From contig JBEKKX010000013.1 in assembly GCA_050010515.1 (NCBI GenBank), positions 47,330 to 111,329 of the forward strand: a DNA stretch of 64,000 nucleotides, given 5' to 3'. Source of the stretch: Candidatus Bathyarchaeia archaeon (lineage in GTDB: Archaea > Thermoproteota > Bathyarchaeia > Bathyarchaeales > Bathycorpusculaceae). The position numbers were made by a program, and so were the translations under genes. The notes under the pieces are model-generated. The model did not search any database. It worked only from the letters and a program-made list of their open reading frames with translations, and was not told where the DNA came from. Of the stretch, positions 27,636-37,834 are shown one piece after another (position 1 is the stretch's first letter; each line of letters starts with the position of its first letter).

Positions 27636-28910
27636 TTAATTGTCTGGTGCATAGAGGAAACAGGAGACTAGTCTATTAGCCCATTGGTACATTTTAGGCA
27701 CTTCGTAATGCTGGAGCTCGACCACGACGCCGTCTTCAGATTCGCTTAGCTTATCTATCGCAGCAAGACTCCTTTCCTTTTCCTTTTCCAAGCTAAGCAG
27801 GGCATCCATTTCACTCATTTTGACGTTTCTAATTGCTATGTTGCATGTTCCGTTAGTTGAAATAACGGGTTCTCCCTTGAACATGTCTGGATGCTTATCC
27901 TCAATTAAGTATTTCAGATCAGATGCTACTTCTTCAGCACTCCAGCCGCATATATTGAAGGCTTGTGGACACCTGGGGTGGAAAGAGCAACCTGGCGGCG
28001 GCGCCACTAAGTTTGGAGTGTCCCCCTTCAGTATTATCTTCTTTCCCTTTTTCGCCTTTCCCGGAACGGCCGATATAAGAGCCACGTTGTATGGATGGAT
28101 TGGGTTCAATATTACGTCTTTCTTTAGTCCGTTTTCCACTATCTTGCCGGCGTACATGACATTCACTTGATCAGCCATGTAGGAGATCACGGCGATGTTG
28201 TGGGTTATAAGAATCATGCCTATGTTATACTTCTCTCTTATCCTACGCAAAAGGGCTAACACTTGAGCTTGGACCGAAACGTCCAGAGCACTTGTCGGCT
28301 CATCCAACACCAAAAATTTAGGCAGTGTGGCTATTCCCCTAGCCAAGGCAACCCTCTGTTTTTGACCTCCGGAAAGTTCATGAGGATACCTGTAAGCGAA
28401 ATCTCTCGGAAGCCCGACTTCGTTCATGAGCTCCATGCATCTGTTGGTCGCTTCCTTCGACGGCAAGTAACCTGTCGCAATTATTGGCTCCGTAACGATG
28501 TCCAAGACGTTCAATCGGGGATCTAATGAAGAATATGGGTCCTGAAAGACAATATTCGTCTTCTTCCTGATCTCTTTTTGCCTGCCTCGCTTCTTGCTGA
28601 AGACAGAGTATACTCTTTCGATTTCAGCTGCCTTCTTCAAATCGTTACTTGCAACATAATCGTCGTATTCTTGTAAGACATCGTCTGGTATGTCAAAGAA
28701 GACTTGACCAGAGGTTGGCTTTAGGAGACCTAGGAGCATCCTCCCTAGTGTGCTCTTTCCTGAACCGCTTTCACCCACTACGCCCACAATCTCTGCTTCT
28801 TTCACTTGTATGTTAACGCCGTCAACGGCTTTGAGCGTGAGTGGTTTCCCTATTAAGCTACCGCCTTTGATAGGAAAGTGTTTAGTCAGTTGTCTTGTCG
28901 CAATTAACAC
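27636..28910 (-). CDS. Oligo/dipeptide ABC transporter ATPase (OppF/DppF-like) with insertions
   Basis: GESGSGKST, FQDPYSSL, PHELSGGQKQR, LDEPTSALD, GCSFHPRCP. Confidence 0.92.
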   Translation of the reverse strand: MLIATRQLTKHFPIKGGSLIGKPLTLKAVDGVNIQVKEAEIVGVVGESGSGKSTLGRMLLGLLKPTSGQVFFDIPDDVLQEYDDYVASNDLKKAAEIERVYSVFSKKRGRQKEIRKKTNIVFQDPYSSLDPRLNVLDIVTEPIIATGYLPSKEATNRCMELMNEVGLPRDFAYRYPHELSGGQKQRVALARGIATLPKFLVLDEPTSALDVSVQAQVLALLRRIREKYNIGMILITHNIAVISYMADQVNVMYAGKIVENGLKKDVILNPIHPYNVALISAVPGKAKKGKKIILKGDTPNLVAPPPGCSFHPRCPQAFNICGWSAEEVASDLKYLIEDKHPDMFKGEPVISTNGTCNIAIRNVKMSEMDALLSLEKEKERSLAAIDKLSESEDGVVVELQHYEVPKMYQWANRLVSCFLYAPDN

Positions 28911-28916
28911 TCATTA

Positions 28917-30266
28917 TCACCTTGCTTGGAAGCAGGAGACAAAATGTCCTTCTTCTATCTCCACCATTTCCGGCTTCATATCTTTACACTTGTCCCCATC
29001 TGGACACCGAGGGCGAAAAGAACAACCTGGCGGCACGTTCCTCATGTCTGGTACAGTGCCACCTATGCCCTGGATTTCACCCCCATCAATCGTGGGTATG
29101 GCTCTTGTTAGCATCCTCGTATACGGATGAAGAGGCTTTTTGAAAACAACTTCTGTTGGTGCCACCTCGACTATTCTGCCCGCGTACATTATACCGATTC
29201 TGTCGCAAACTTCGGCAAGGACAGAAAGGTCATGAGATATGAATATGAACGAGGTGTTGAACCTTGCCTTGAGGTGCCTTGTAAGCTCGAGTATCTGGGC
29301 CTGCACAGTCACGTCCAGGGCACTGGTCGGCTCGTCCAAAATGACCAGCTCAGGGTTGTTCGCAAGCGCGATAGCTATCACTATTCTCTGCCTCATACCG
29401 CCTGATAGTTCATGTGGATACATTCTCACCACCTTGTCTGGGTTGGGGACCTCAAGCATTGAAAGAAGTTCAGTCGCTTTTGCATACCCTTCCCTCAAAA
29501 GAACATTTTTGGCTGCCCTGCTTAGACCTGGGATCCGCATCCAGACGGGTATATTCCCTTTCTTTTCAACATTCTCCAGTACTATCTTATCAAAGGACCC
29601 CAACTTCTCCGAATGAAGCGAAATGATAATCTTTTCTTTTTTGGACTCGCCGAGATCGTTCCTCCTCCATACGTTAAGGACTTGGCTCTCAATCCCTATG
29701 AGCCCCTTTGATTCCGCGTATTTGCTGATTGTTTGTTCGTCTGCACCTGTTTTCAATAGCTTCAGTATCTGCTCTAAATCTTCCCGTGTTGCCCTTGTTC
29801 TGGCAAGCTTCCTTTGTGCGAGCGATTTTGGCTGATGAGTAATAACAGTCTCAGCTACTTGGAAACCGACCTGAAGAACAGGGTTAAGGCTCGTCATCGG
29901 GTCTTGGAAGACCATGGAAATCCTTCTGCCTCGGATGTCGGCTAATTGTTTGTTCAGCTTCTTCGTGACACTCTCGCTCTGTTTTAAGTTGAACTTGTCC
30001 TGTCCTTTTGAAAAACTCTCCCTTAAGGAGGCTGTCAAGTCTCCCTCACCCTGAAGGATGACTTGCCCCGAAGTTACTGACGCGTTATACGGCAGAAGGC
30101 CCATTATCGTAAGCCCTAGTGTTGTCTTGCCGCATCCGCTCTCCCCGGCTACGCCGAATATTTCACCCTGCTGGAGTTGGAGATCCACGCCGTTAAGGGC
30201 TTTATAGATACCCCGCCGAGTGTAGAACTGTACCTTCAAATCTGAAACCTTTAACGTGTTCTCCAA
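28917..30266 (-). CDS. Oligo/dipeptide ABC transporter ATPase (OppD/DppD-like) with a large insertion
   Basis: GESGCGKTT, FQDPMTSLNP, PHELSGGMRQR, GCSFRPRCP. Confidence 0.92.
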   Translation of the reverse strand: MENTLKVSDLKVQFYTRRGIYKALNGVDLQLQQGEIFGVAGESGCGKTTLGLTIMGLLPYNASVTSGQVILQGEGDLTASLRESFSKGQDKFNLKQSESVTKKLNKQLADIRGRRISMVFQDPMTSLNPVLQVGFQVAETVITHQPKSLAQRKLARTRATREDLEQILKLLKTGADEQTISKYAESKGLIGIESQVLNVWRRNDLGESKKEKIIISLHSEKLGSFDKIVLENVEKKGNIPVWMRIPGLSRAAKNVLLREGYAKATELLSMLEVPNPDKVVRMYPHELSGGMRQRIVIAIALANNPELVILDEPTSALDVTVQAQILELTRHLKARFNTSFIFISHDLSVLAEVCDRIGIMYAGRIVEVAPTEVVFKKPLHPYTRMLTRAIPTIDGGEIQGIGGTVPDMRNVPPGCSFRPRCPDGDKCKDMKPEMVEIEEGHFVSCFQAR

Positions 30267-30267
30267 A

Positions 30268-31158
30268 TCAGCTTCTCCTCCTTGGGTCAATAACATCCCT
30301 TAGCCCATCGCCGACAAGGTTTACCGCCAGAGCAAACAAGGTGATAGCCACACCTGGAACGATGACCGCCCAAGGAGCAGTCTGAACATAGCCGAGCCCC
30401 AAGCTTGTGAGATAACCAAGCTCCGGAACGCTTGCGTTCGCTATGAAACCTATGAAAGCAAGAGTGGAGAAGATAACCATTATTGAGCCTAAGTCCAAGG
30501 ATATCTGAATAAACACTGGTGGCAGCGAATTTGGAAGAATATGTTTAAACATTATCTTTACCTTGCTGACCCCGGAGGCTTTGGCCGCTTCAACAAACGT
30601 AAACTCCTTAGTGCTTAGCGTCTGACTCCTCGTGTACCTCGCATACAGAGGCCACCACACTATTGCAAGGGCGAGGGACATGTTTAGCAGACTTCTGCCG
30701 AGGATAAAGCCGACGGCCAATGCAAGTATAAGATACGGTATGCTAAAGAATACGTCGGTTATCCTCATCACGATTTCATCCATTAGGCCACCGACATAGG
30801 CCGAGATAACACCTATTAGGGAACCGAATGTCGCGCCTATTGCCACAACAAGCACTGAATAGAATAGGTCTATTCTTATTGCCTTAATCATACTGGTGAA
30901 TAGATCTATCCCTGGATACGTCGTGCCAAACAGGTGTGTCATTGAAGGCGGCGAGGGCGCTGGGTTGGTAAAGTTTGGAACAAGCGTACCTACGTTAGTG
31001 ATGCCGAGGAGCTGTGGGAAGAACTGCACAATCAACGCGTCTACTACAAATATCATTGTTATGACAAGACCGACGACTGCAGTCTTATTTGAAAAAAAAA
31101 CTGAAAGTGAAAGCTTAGTATTGTCCCATTTTCTCTTTTTTAACTCTGTTTCAGACAC
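30268..31158 (-). CDS. Oligo/dipeptide ABC permease (OppC/DppC-like)
   Basis: HLFGT, MRITDVFFSIP, FVEAAKASG, HILPN, NLVGDGLRDVIDPR. Confidence 0.93.
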   Translation of the reverse strand: MSETELKKRKWDNTKLSLSVFFSNKTAVVGLVITMIFVVDALIVQFFPQLLGITNVGTLVPNFTNPAPSPPSMTHLFGTTYPGIDLFTSMIKAIRIDLFYSVLVVAIGATFGSLIGVISAYVGGLMDEIVMRITDVFFSIPYLILALAVGFILGRSLLNMSLALAIVWWPLYARYTRSQTLSTKEFTFVEAAKASGVSKVKIMFKHILPNSLPPVFIQISLDLGSIMVIFSTLAFIGFIANASVPELGYLTSLGLGYVQTAPWAVIVPGVAITLFALAVNLVGDGLRDVIDPRRRS

Positions 31159-31169
31159 CTTTTTGCTTC

Positions 31170-32225
31170 CTAATATTTTATCCTCGGATCTATAAACGCA
31201 TATACTAGGTCTACTATCAGGTTAGCAAACACAAGAATTAAACCGAAAAGCAATGTAGAGGCCATGATACCTCCGACATCGCTGACTAGAAGGGCCTGAG
31301 TAGTCCAGTATCCTATTCCTGGGTAATTAAATATGGTCTCCACCACTACAGCTCCGCCTAGAAGACCGGCCACGGTATAGCCGAAAAGCGTAATCACAGG
31401 GAGCAATGCGTTCTTGCGCGCATGAAGATTAATCACTGTTCGTTCAGCTGTACCTTTTGACCTTGCCAACCTGATGTAATCCTGATCCAACACTTCAAGC
31501 ATCGAAGACCTCAGTATCCTGATCATGCTGGCAACTATTGCAAGTGCAAGCGTAACCGAGGGCAAGATAAGGTGTAGGAATGCACTACCAGCTATGCCCC
31601 ATGCGCCATGGATTATCGCGTCTATAAGAATTATGTGCGTGGGGTATGAGATTCCGTTAATGTACCACGAGACTGCTGAAACTGAGACTGGGTTCACGAC
31701 ACCCGAGAATGGAAGAACTTTTAGGTAGACCCCAAGCAGGATGATCAGAACTACGCCTATAAGGTAAATGGGCATGGAGTACAGAGTGAAGGATCCGATG
31801 CGCAGTGTGTGGTCAGCGGCAGAGTCCCTGTTAACAGCTGAGTAAACGCCAAGGGGGACGCCTATCACCCATATCAGGATTGACGCTACAACTGATATCA
31901 TGATTGTGTTAGGAAGGAAGAGGGCTATGGCCGTGTTTACCTGACCGTTGAATATGGGCGTACTGGTGAAGCCCCAGTTGCCTTGCAGTATTTGGTATAA
32001 CCAGTAAAAGTATTGAATATAAATTGGTTGGTTAAGGTGGAATTCGCTTGTCAGCTTTTGAATTACGATTTGCCTTGCAATCCCAGTCAGTTTGGGGCTG
32101 ATATATTCAGATAATATTATGTTTGTTCCGCTTATATGGGAAAGGATGAACACTATGAAAGTAAGCCCGATCAGTGTCGGAATTATTAATAATAACCGCC
32201 TAACGATGTATACCCAGAGGCGCAT
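31170..32225 (-). CDS. Oligo/dipeptide ABC permease (OppB/DppB-like)
   Basis: YIVRRLL, RSSMLEVLDQDYIRLARSKG, VETIFNYPGIG, DPRIKY. Confidence 0.93.
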   Translation of the reverse strand: MRLWVYIVRRLLLIIPTLIGLTFIVFILSHISGTNIILSEYISPKLTGIARQIVIQKLTSEFHLNQPIYIQYFYWLYQILQGNWGFTSTPIFNGQVNTAIALFLPNTIMISVVASILIWVIGVPLGVYSAVNRDSAADHTLRIGSFTLYSMPIYLIGVVLIILLGVYLKVLPFSGVVNPVSVSAVSWYINGISYPTHIILIDAIIHGAWGIAGSAFLHLILPSVTLALAIVASMIRILRSSMLEVLDQDYIRLARSKGTAERTVINLHARKNALLPVITLFGYTVAGLLGGAVVVETIFNYPGIGYWTTQALLVSDVGGIMASTLLFGLILVFANLIVDLVYAFIDPRIKY

Positions 32226-32286
32226 AGTTACATCAACTCAGAATAACGATGTATACCCAGAGGCGCATAGTTACATCAACTCAGAA
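32201..32286. repeat. Perfect 43-bp tandem duplication spanning the oppB-like start codon
   Basis: TAACGATGTATACCCAGAGGCGCATAGTTACATCAACTCAGAA at 32201-32243 and 32244-32286. Confidence 0.95.
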
Positions 32287-32310
32287 AAAAGGGGGGAGCG
32301 CACAAGCCGC

Positions 32311-34905
32311 TTATCCTTTGATCCACCAATAGTAGATTGAGTCGGCTGCTCCACCGATCATCGGGTTCTCCTGAGACGATATTCCGTTATAACTTGTAAT
32401 GTATGGCTTTACTATCCAGAAGGAATTGGCTTGTTGCGTATAGACGAACATGTACAGGTTTATAGCGTCCTGTTCTGATTGCTTGTAGAGTTGAGCTGCA
32501 GTTGTCGGGTTGGTTGCGGCGTTTGCCTGCTGAATCACCGTGCAAAGCTGCTGATATTGAGCCGCCTCTGCCGAATATCCAGCCGCTTTCAAGCCAGCGC
32601 TTGAGAAGCCCATTGCTGAGGGATAGATGGAGCTTTGAAGGTAAAAGGCGTTAACAAAGTCGCTGGGATACGGATAGTCAGCTATCCAGCCTAGGAAGTA
32701 AACTGGCAGAGGATTCCCGCCAGGAACTTGATCAGCTATAATTGTTGGCCACTCTTGATATTCAACTGTCGCGCTTATGTTTGAGTCCATCTGGTGCAGA
32801 GCTGCTGCCCACATTTCCATGCCTGCGTAGTTGGTTATGTCGCCTGACACGACTACCATAGGTATGTTGACTGATATGCCAGCTTCTCCTGACTGCTCCA
32901 TAAGCTGCGTAGCGGTAGCTAGGTTATATGTAGGAACGTTCTGGAGCTGGTCCTCTGGCACATAGTATGGCAAGCCATTGATTATGGCGCCTGCATAGGG
33001 ACTTCCGAAGGTTTCACCGTAAATATTGTTGCCTAATATTTCATCTAGGTAATTGGTGTAGTTGAAAGCGTAGGCGAACGCCTCTCTCACTTGAGTGTTA
33101 GCGAAGTAGTTAGCAGGTACGTTAAAGTTGCTACCGAACGTTGACTTCATTAATGATGTGTCAATGTTTATATTGAACGCATAGAAGAAAGCGGACAGGG
33201 ATGCCACCTTATAGAGGCTGCTCTGCCCGGCTGCTACCTGATCTTTAATCTGCGGATAATCGCTTGTTGGCAATCCAGTGACGATATCAGCTGATCCGCT
33301 TGTGTACAATAGATAGGCTGTTTCAGGATCCTTGATCCACTGTATCGATATTTTATTGGTCACGGCTGGTATGCTTGGTAATCCTGGAAAACCGGTGTTG
33401 GGAGCTAAGACTACTGATTGACCTGGGACGTAGCTCTGTATTTCGTATGGACCGGATGCGACCGGGTCGAACTGTACCTTTGTGTTGAAATCGTTCTCGT
33501 TGGCCTGGCTCTGGTAGCTGTAGAATCCTGCTGGCGAAAAGGTTATCCCAGCACCAGCACTTTGAAGCCAAGATGCATCTAATATTCCACACCCAAGGTC
33601 AAAGGCTACTGCGGTGAAGAACAGCGTGGGACTCGTAGGCGAGACGAGGTTAAATGTAACTGTGTTGGCGCTGTTGGAATATGTGACTGCGTTCAGTATT
33701 GCGTTGTAATCAGTGGTATCGGTGGCATTCGCGACTATGGGTATTCCTGCACTTGCCCCAGGAACCACGTATTGGGCTAGTATCCAGTCAGGTGTGCCTT
33801 GTACTCCACCAACGAATAAAAGATTCCTTATCATTGAATAATATACATCGTATGCGGTAATCGGATCGCCGTTGGAGAACTTCAAGTTATTTCTTATTGT
33901 AAATGTGTACTGCGTGTCGGCCGTGTTTATTCCGTTCCCAACCGTAGGAACCGATGCGGCTATCATTGGTAGGAACGTGGTTGTCGATGATCCGTCGTAT
34001 ATAAGAAGTGTCCCAATAGTGTTTAAGATTACCTCGTAGCCAACAGTTTCGTAATCTATCTGCGGATCAAATCCGGCGGGACCTCCACCGACTACTTCAG
34101 CGACATTTATAACTCCAGGGCTTGCTATCTTGCCAGCATAAACGTAGAGCGTATATGGCTGAGAAGAAGAACTTACTGCCACGGTACGCTCAATGGTAGT
34201 GCTGTAAGTCTGCGCGGTAGCGGTATTCTCCGTTACTAGGGTTAGGCTCACAGGATACAGCCCTGTCTGTGTGTAAGTTGCGTTAACAGGGTTTATGTTT
34301 GGATCCATCGTATTGCTGTTCGCAGTTACCGTATCATTAACTCCGTTGGCAAAGTTCCATATGTACTCGGATATGACGATGTTTTGACCGGTTGGCGCTT
34401 CAAGGAAACCTCCACTGAAATAAACGGCTGTATTAGAAGAAACCACTGGCTCGTTTGGATTAAGGGTTGAATTTAGCGAGATAACCGGGACTGATATCAA
34501 CGGAGCATTAGCAGCGCTCACCGACGGCGCTATCTGAATAGTCTTCATGGCGTTGTTCGTTGACGAGACAACACTACCGCCTACCGTTTCCTGCGCTGTC
34601 ACTATGTACGTACCTGCGTTTTCGTATGTATACGACACTGAAGACGAGCTAGAAGTAATATCTGTGGCTGACTGTCCATCTCCGAAGTAAATAGTGGCTT
34701 TTCCGTCTGATGCCAAATGAAGAATGGAGAAGGTAATAGCTGTTCCCTGCGTTGCCGCCAGCGTAGTGGCGGTGAGAGAAATCTGTGTGGTTGGTCTTGT
34801 TGCTATATAAGAAATCACTCCCACTCCCATTGCTACTACTAAGATAACTATTATAATAATTGCCCATATTACTCTACTCAATGCTCTATTTGGCATATGT
34901 CTCAA
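32311..34905 (-). CDS. Family 5 solute-binding protein with N-terminal anchor and PKD-like domains
   Basis: N-terminal TM; YFGDG..SYTYENAGTY and WNFANG PKD-like motifs; FDPQIDYE, FSNGDPITAYDV, VASGPY, GWIADYPYP. Confidence 0.9.
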   Translation of the reverse strand: MRHMPNRALSRVIWAIIIIVILVVAMGVGVISYIATRPTTQISLTATTLAATQGTAITFSILHLASDGKATIYFGDGQSATDITSSSSSVSYTYENAGTYIVTAQETVGGSVVSSTNNAMKTIQIAPSVSAANAPLISVPVISLNSTLNPNEPVVSSNTAVYFSGGFLEAPTGQNIVISEYIWNFANGVNDTVTANSNTMDPNINPVNATYTQTGLYPVSLTLVTENTATAQTYSTTIERTVAVSSSSQPYTLYVYAGKIASPGVINVAEVVGGGPAGFDPQIDYETVGYEVILNTIGTLLIYDGSSTTTFLPMIAASVPTVGNGINTADTQYTFTIRNNLKFSNGDPITAYDVYYSMIRNLLFVGGVQGTPDWILAQYVVPGASAGIPIVANATDTTDYNAILNAVTYSNSANTVTFNLVSPTSPTLFFTAVAFDLGCGILDASWLQSAGAGITFSPAGFYSYQSQANENDFNTKVQFDPVASGPYEIQSYVPGQSVVLAPNTGFPGLPSIPAVTNKISIQWIKDPETAYLLYTSGSADIVTGLPTSDYPQIKDQVAAGQSSLYKVASLSAFFYAFNINIDTSLMKSTFGSNFNVPANYFANTQVREAFAYAFNYTNYLDEILGNNIYGETFGSPYAGAIINGLPYYVPEDQLQNVPTYNLATATQLMEQSGEAGISVNIPMVVVSGDITNYAGMEMWAAALHQMDSNISATVEYQEWPTIIADQVPGGNPLPVYFLGWIADYPYPSDFVNAFYLQSSIYPSAMGFSSAGLKAAGYSAEAAQYQQLCTVIQQANAATNPTTAAQLYKQSEQDAINLYMFVYTQQANSFWIVKPYITSYNGISSQENPMIGGAADSIYYWWIKG

Positions 34906-35116
34906 TATCTCCCCACCCCATTTCCTATTGAAAGTAATTTTAATTTAGCTCTCCATATTTGAGCTTTCAATATTTAACGTTTGCGATAAAATAGGCTGTC
35001 TACCTAATTTTTAACCCGTTTTTATACGATATGTCGTTCCTGTTTTACCGTTATTTTCAATGCAGTGCGTTTCTTCAGCCGAAAGTTTCGCAGGTATAGT
35101 GTAAATATTATGCACC

Positions 35117-35571
35117 ATGCCCTTCGTCAGGAAAATAAAGAAACGTTCAGGCACTATCTGGCACTGTCGAATCAAAATGGGAAAACGGAAAACCCAGACA
35201 ACGCGTAATAAAATACCTCAGAAAAGAAGGAAGGCAAAGCAGTAAGAAAAGTATCCACATCAGACCTTACGGTAACACAAGTGAGGAGACACCTCGACGT
35301 TGAAATCATAGACCCTAGCAAACGAACTCAACCTAATACAACTCCTCCCGCATCAGCCCTCATATCTTCCCAACTCCTCGAAAGACCCTCCATAAACAAA
35401 ATGGAAGAATGGCTCAACCAAACCGGCATACTTCAAACCCTCGGCATAGAAGGAATAACCAACCGCCCAACTCTACGCCGCCGTAGATCAACTGCAAGAG
35501 AGCGACTTCTCAGCCACAGAAAAAAGCATCGCGCAATTTTTCGCAGAATAGAAGCCCGACAGGGTTTTTGA
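35117..35571 (+). pseudogene. Degraded transposase N-terminus, IS1634-like
   Basis: Across frameshifts reads MPFVRKIKKRSGT/YLA/VESKWENGKPRQRVIKYL/EGKAVRKVSTSDLTVTQVRRHLDVEII; no DDE core. Confidence 0.6.
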
Positions 35572-35669
35572 ATTATTATCCTGCTCTCTTAACGTGCTCT
35601 CATCAAAAGGGTTGCAAGCAAAGCATTCACGAGCGAGAATCGTAGGGTAAACAAAATAAGCACCGGCTA

Positions 35670-36557
35670 TCAAAAAAGTTTATGCATGAACTTCCAGCTA
35701 TGTCCAATTTCAAAACCGATCTTTCGCATCAATTTTACAGATGGAACGTTTGTTTCAAGAGTGAATAAACACACAGAATCCATTCCTTTCTCAAATAGTG
35801 AATTCATTGCATGCACTGTGAGTGCGGACGCCAGATTCCTCCCCCGATACTCATGGAGCGTCGCTGCTGGACCCAAATAACCTCTCTTTGCATTGAAGAA
35901 TCTGTTATAGCCTACATCAGGTTTTGCGACAACAACTGAAACAAGTTTTCCATTACTCTCAGCAATATGAATCCATTCTTCATCGAAAGGCGGGTTCTCT
36001 GTCTTCCACTTTTGAATGTCACCCGGCCTGATTCTTTCGTACTCAAATCCAGTGTTAACAAGTTGAACAAACTCGTTCTCTTCCTCTGGCTTTAGGCTTC
36101 GCAGAAGTACGCCCTCAGGGATTTTAGGGATGGTTTTCAACCCTGCAAGTCTCATGTGCATATAATATAGTCCTCCATTCGGACAATACCCTCGTTGCAT
36201 CCATTCTTCGATCTTTGGGCTTCCAGCGTTTACCGAGGTAAAAACCGCGCCTTTCTTTACATACTTCTCAGCTTCTTTGACAAGCATGTCCTCAACAAGT
36301 TTTGCATCTGCATTTTTGCAAACAACGAGCCATTCGATTTCTTCCCCCCAATGCCCATCATTGTACGCCGCTGACCCGATAATTCTGCCGTTGTCCTCAG
36401 CTATCAGAACCTCAAGCCTACGTTCTTGAATCCAAGAAAGAAGGTTGCCGTCACCATAGTGCATGTAGAGAAGTCTTTGTTCGTCATTTGGCTCTTTAAG
36501 CAGTTCAAAAAGGAATGGAAGATCGGATTCTTTAAAACTTCGAATCTTAGCGATCAT
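35670..36557 (-). CDS. Tandem GNAT-family acetyltransferase
   Basis: LIAEDNGRIIG; ATLHEYRGRNLASAL and NVPSVKLMRKIGF acetyl-CoA motifs. Confidence 0.85.
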   Translation of the reverse strand: MIAKIRSFKESDLPFLFELLKEPNDEQRLLYMHYGDGNLLSWIQERRLEVLIAEDNGRIIGSAAYNDGHWGEEIEWLVVCKNADAKLVEDMLVKEAEKYVKKGAVFTSVNAGSPKIEEWMQRGYCPNGGLYYMHMRLAGLKTIPKIPEGVLLRSLKPEEENEFVQLVNTGFEYERIRPGDIQKWKTENPPFDEEWIHIAESNGKLVSVVVAKPDVGYNRFFNAKRGYLGPAATLHEYRGRNLASALTVHAMNSLFEKGMDSVCLFTLETNVPSVKLMRKIGFEIGHSWKFMHKLF

Positions 36558-36675
36558 GTTCTCTGATTAAACAGCTTGAAACTAATTATTAGCTTTTATG
36601 ACAGCGACACTCCGTTTATCAAAATTCAAAACTAATTTGGGTTTAAATCTCGGCGCACCAAGCTACCTATTTTTA

Positions 36676-36743
36676 TCAATCTATAACTTCAATTCATACC
36701 CGAGGGTTCAAACGCGGGCTCAAACCTATCCCCGCCCGACACA
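36676..36743 (+). repeat. tRNA-3'-end-derived repeat, copy 2, with upstream arm
   Basis: ATCAATCTATAACTTCAATTCATACCCGAGGGTTCAAACGCGGGCTCAAACCTATCCCCGCCCGACACA. Confidence 0.85.
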
Positions 36744-36770
36744 ACGTACTAACTTATGAGGAAATCGACC

Positions 36771-37754
36771 CTAAGGCGACGTGTCCCCTTTCACAATCGG
36801 ACGACCATCCCTGTATGAACACTGAAGCCCATACTTCTTCACGCACTCTAAACAGAGAATGGGATCGCATAGGGTCGTGCTCAAGTATTTTTCGCCACCA
36901 TCAGGAGCAATGGCAACTATCACGCCTTTTTCGATTTCCCTTGCTTTGGCTGCCGCAATGTGGAAAATGGCTCCTGAACTGGGGCCTACAAAAATTCCTT
37001 CCTGCAAGGTGAGAAGCCGAGAAGCTTCCTCAGCGTCCTTAGGGTTCACGTAACAGATTTCGTCGACCAACGTTGGGTTCCAGATCGCTGGCACGTACTG
37101 GGTCTTCAGGTCCTTCAAGCCTTGAATCGCTGTGCCAGGCTCAGGCTGAATCCCAATAACCTTCACGGCGGGGTTGTGTTCCTTGAGCCGTTTCGAGACA
37201 CCCATTAACGTGCCTGTGGTTCCGATGCCAGCCACGAAGTGAGTGACCTGCCCGTCGGTGTCTCGCCATATCTCCTCACCCGTCGTTTGGTAATGTGCCA
37301 TGATATTTGCTTTGTTTGCAAACTGGTTGGGCATGAAGTACTTGTCTGGGTTACGTTTGACTATTTCATGCGCTAAGTCTTCAGCTCCATCCATTCCCTT
37401 GGACCCTTCGCTGAGCAGAATCTTAGCCCCCAACGAAATTAGGATCTGGCGCCTCTCTAACGTCATGGTCTCAGGCATAACCAGCACCAAATCGTACCCC
37501 TTGGCACGGCAGACCAAAGCCAACCCGATGCCCGTGTTTCCACTTGTGGGTTCAATCACCGTTTTGCCGCCTGTCAACTGCCCCGATTTTTCAGCTTCCT
37601 CAATCATGTATTTGGCGATTCGATCCTTAACCGACCCGCCTGGGTTGCATTTCTCCAACTTGATGTACATCTGAACGTTAGGGTTAGGATTCAAGCGTCT
37701 TATCTCAACCATAGGAGTGTTGCCGATAAGTTCGAGCACATTTTTCGCATTCAT
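36771..37754 (-). CDS. Cysteine synthase family PLP enzyme (CysK/CysM-like)
   Basis: IGNTPMV, KLEKCNPGGSVKDR, EPTSGNTG, PNQFAN, GIGTTGT, GPSSGA, PDGGEKYLST. Confidence 0.93.
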   Translation of the reverse strand: MNAKNVLELIGNTPMVEIRRLNPNPNVQMYIKLEKCNPGGSVKDRIAKYMIEEAEKSGQLTGGKTVIEPTSGNTGIGLALVCRAKGYDLVLVMPETMTLERRQILISLGAKILLSEGSKGMDGAEDLAHEIVKRNPDKYFMPNQFANKANIMAHYQTTGEEIWRDTDGQVTHFVAGIGTTGTLMGVSKRLKEHNPAVKVIGIQPEPGTAIQGLKDLKTQYVPAIWNPTLVDEICYVNPKDAEEASRLLTLQEGIFVGPSSGAIFHIAAAKAREIEKGVIVAIAPDGGEKYLSTTLCDPILCLECVKKYGLQCSYRDGRPIVKGDTSP

Positions 37755-37834
37755 CTTTAAGCACCTAAAAGACTGATAATAATAGTTTGCTACAGTACTA
37801 TAAATTATGTGCGGACAAACTCTTCTTTCAACGG

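Noticed and set aside
26846-27679. 277-aa plus-strand ORF, and similar long antisense ORFs such as 41125-41856 and 44214-44768
   Set aside because: They lie opposite well-supported genes and show no motifs, so they are shadow ORFs
29480-29830. Intein in the OppD-like ATPase
   Set aside because: No Cys/Ser start with a His-Asn end, and no LAGLIDADG motifs
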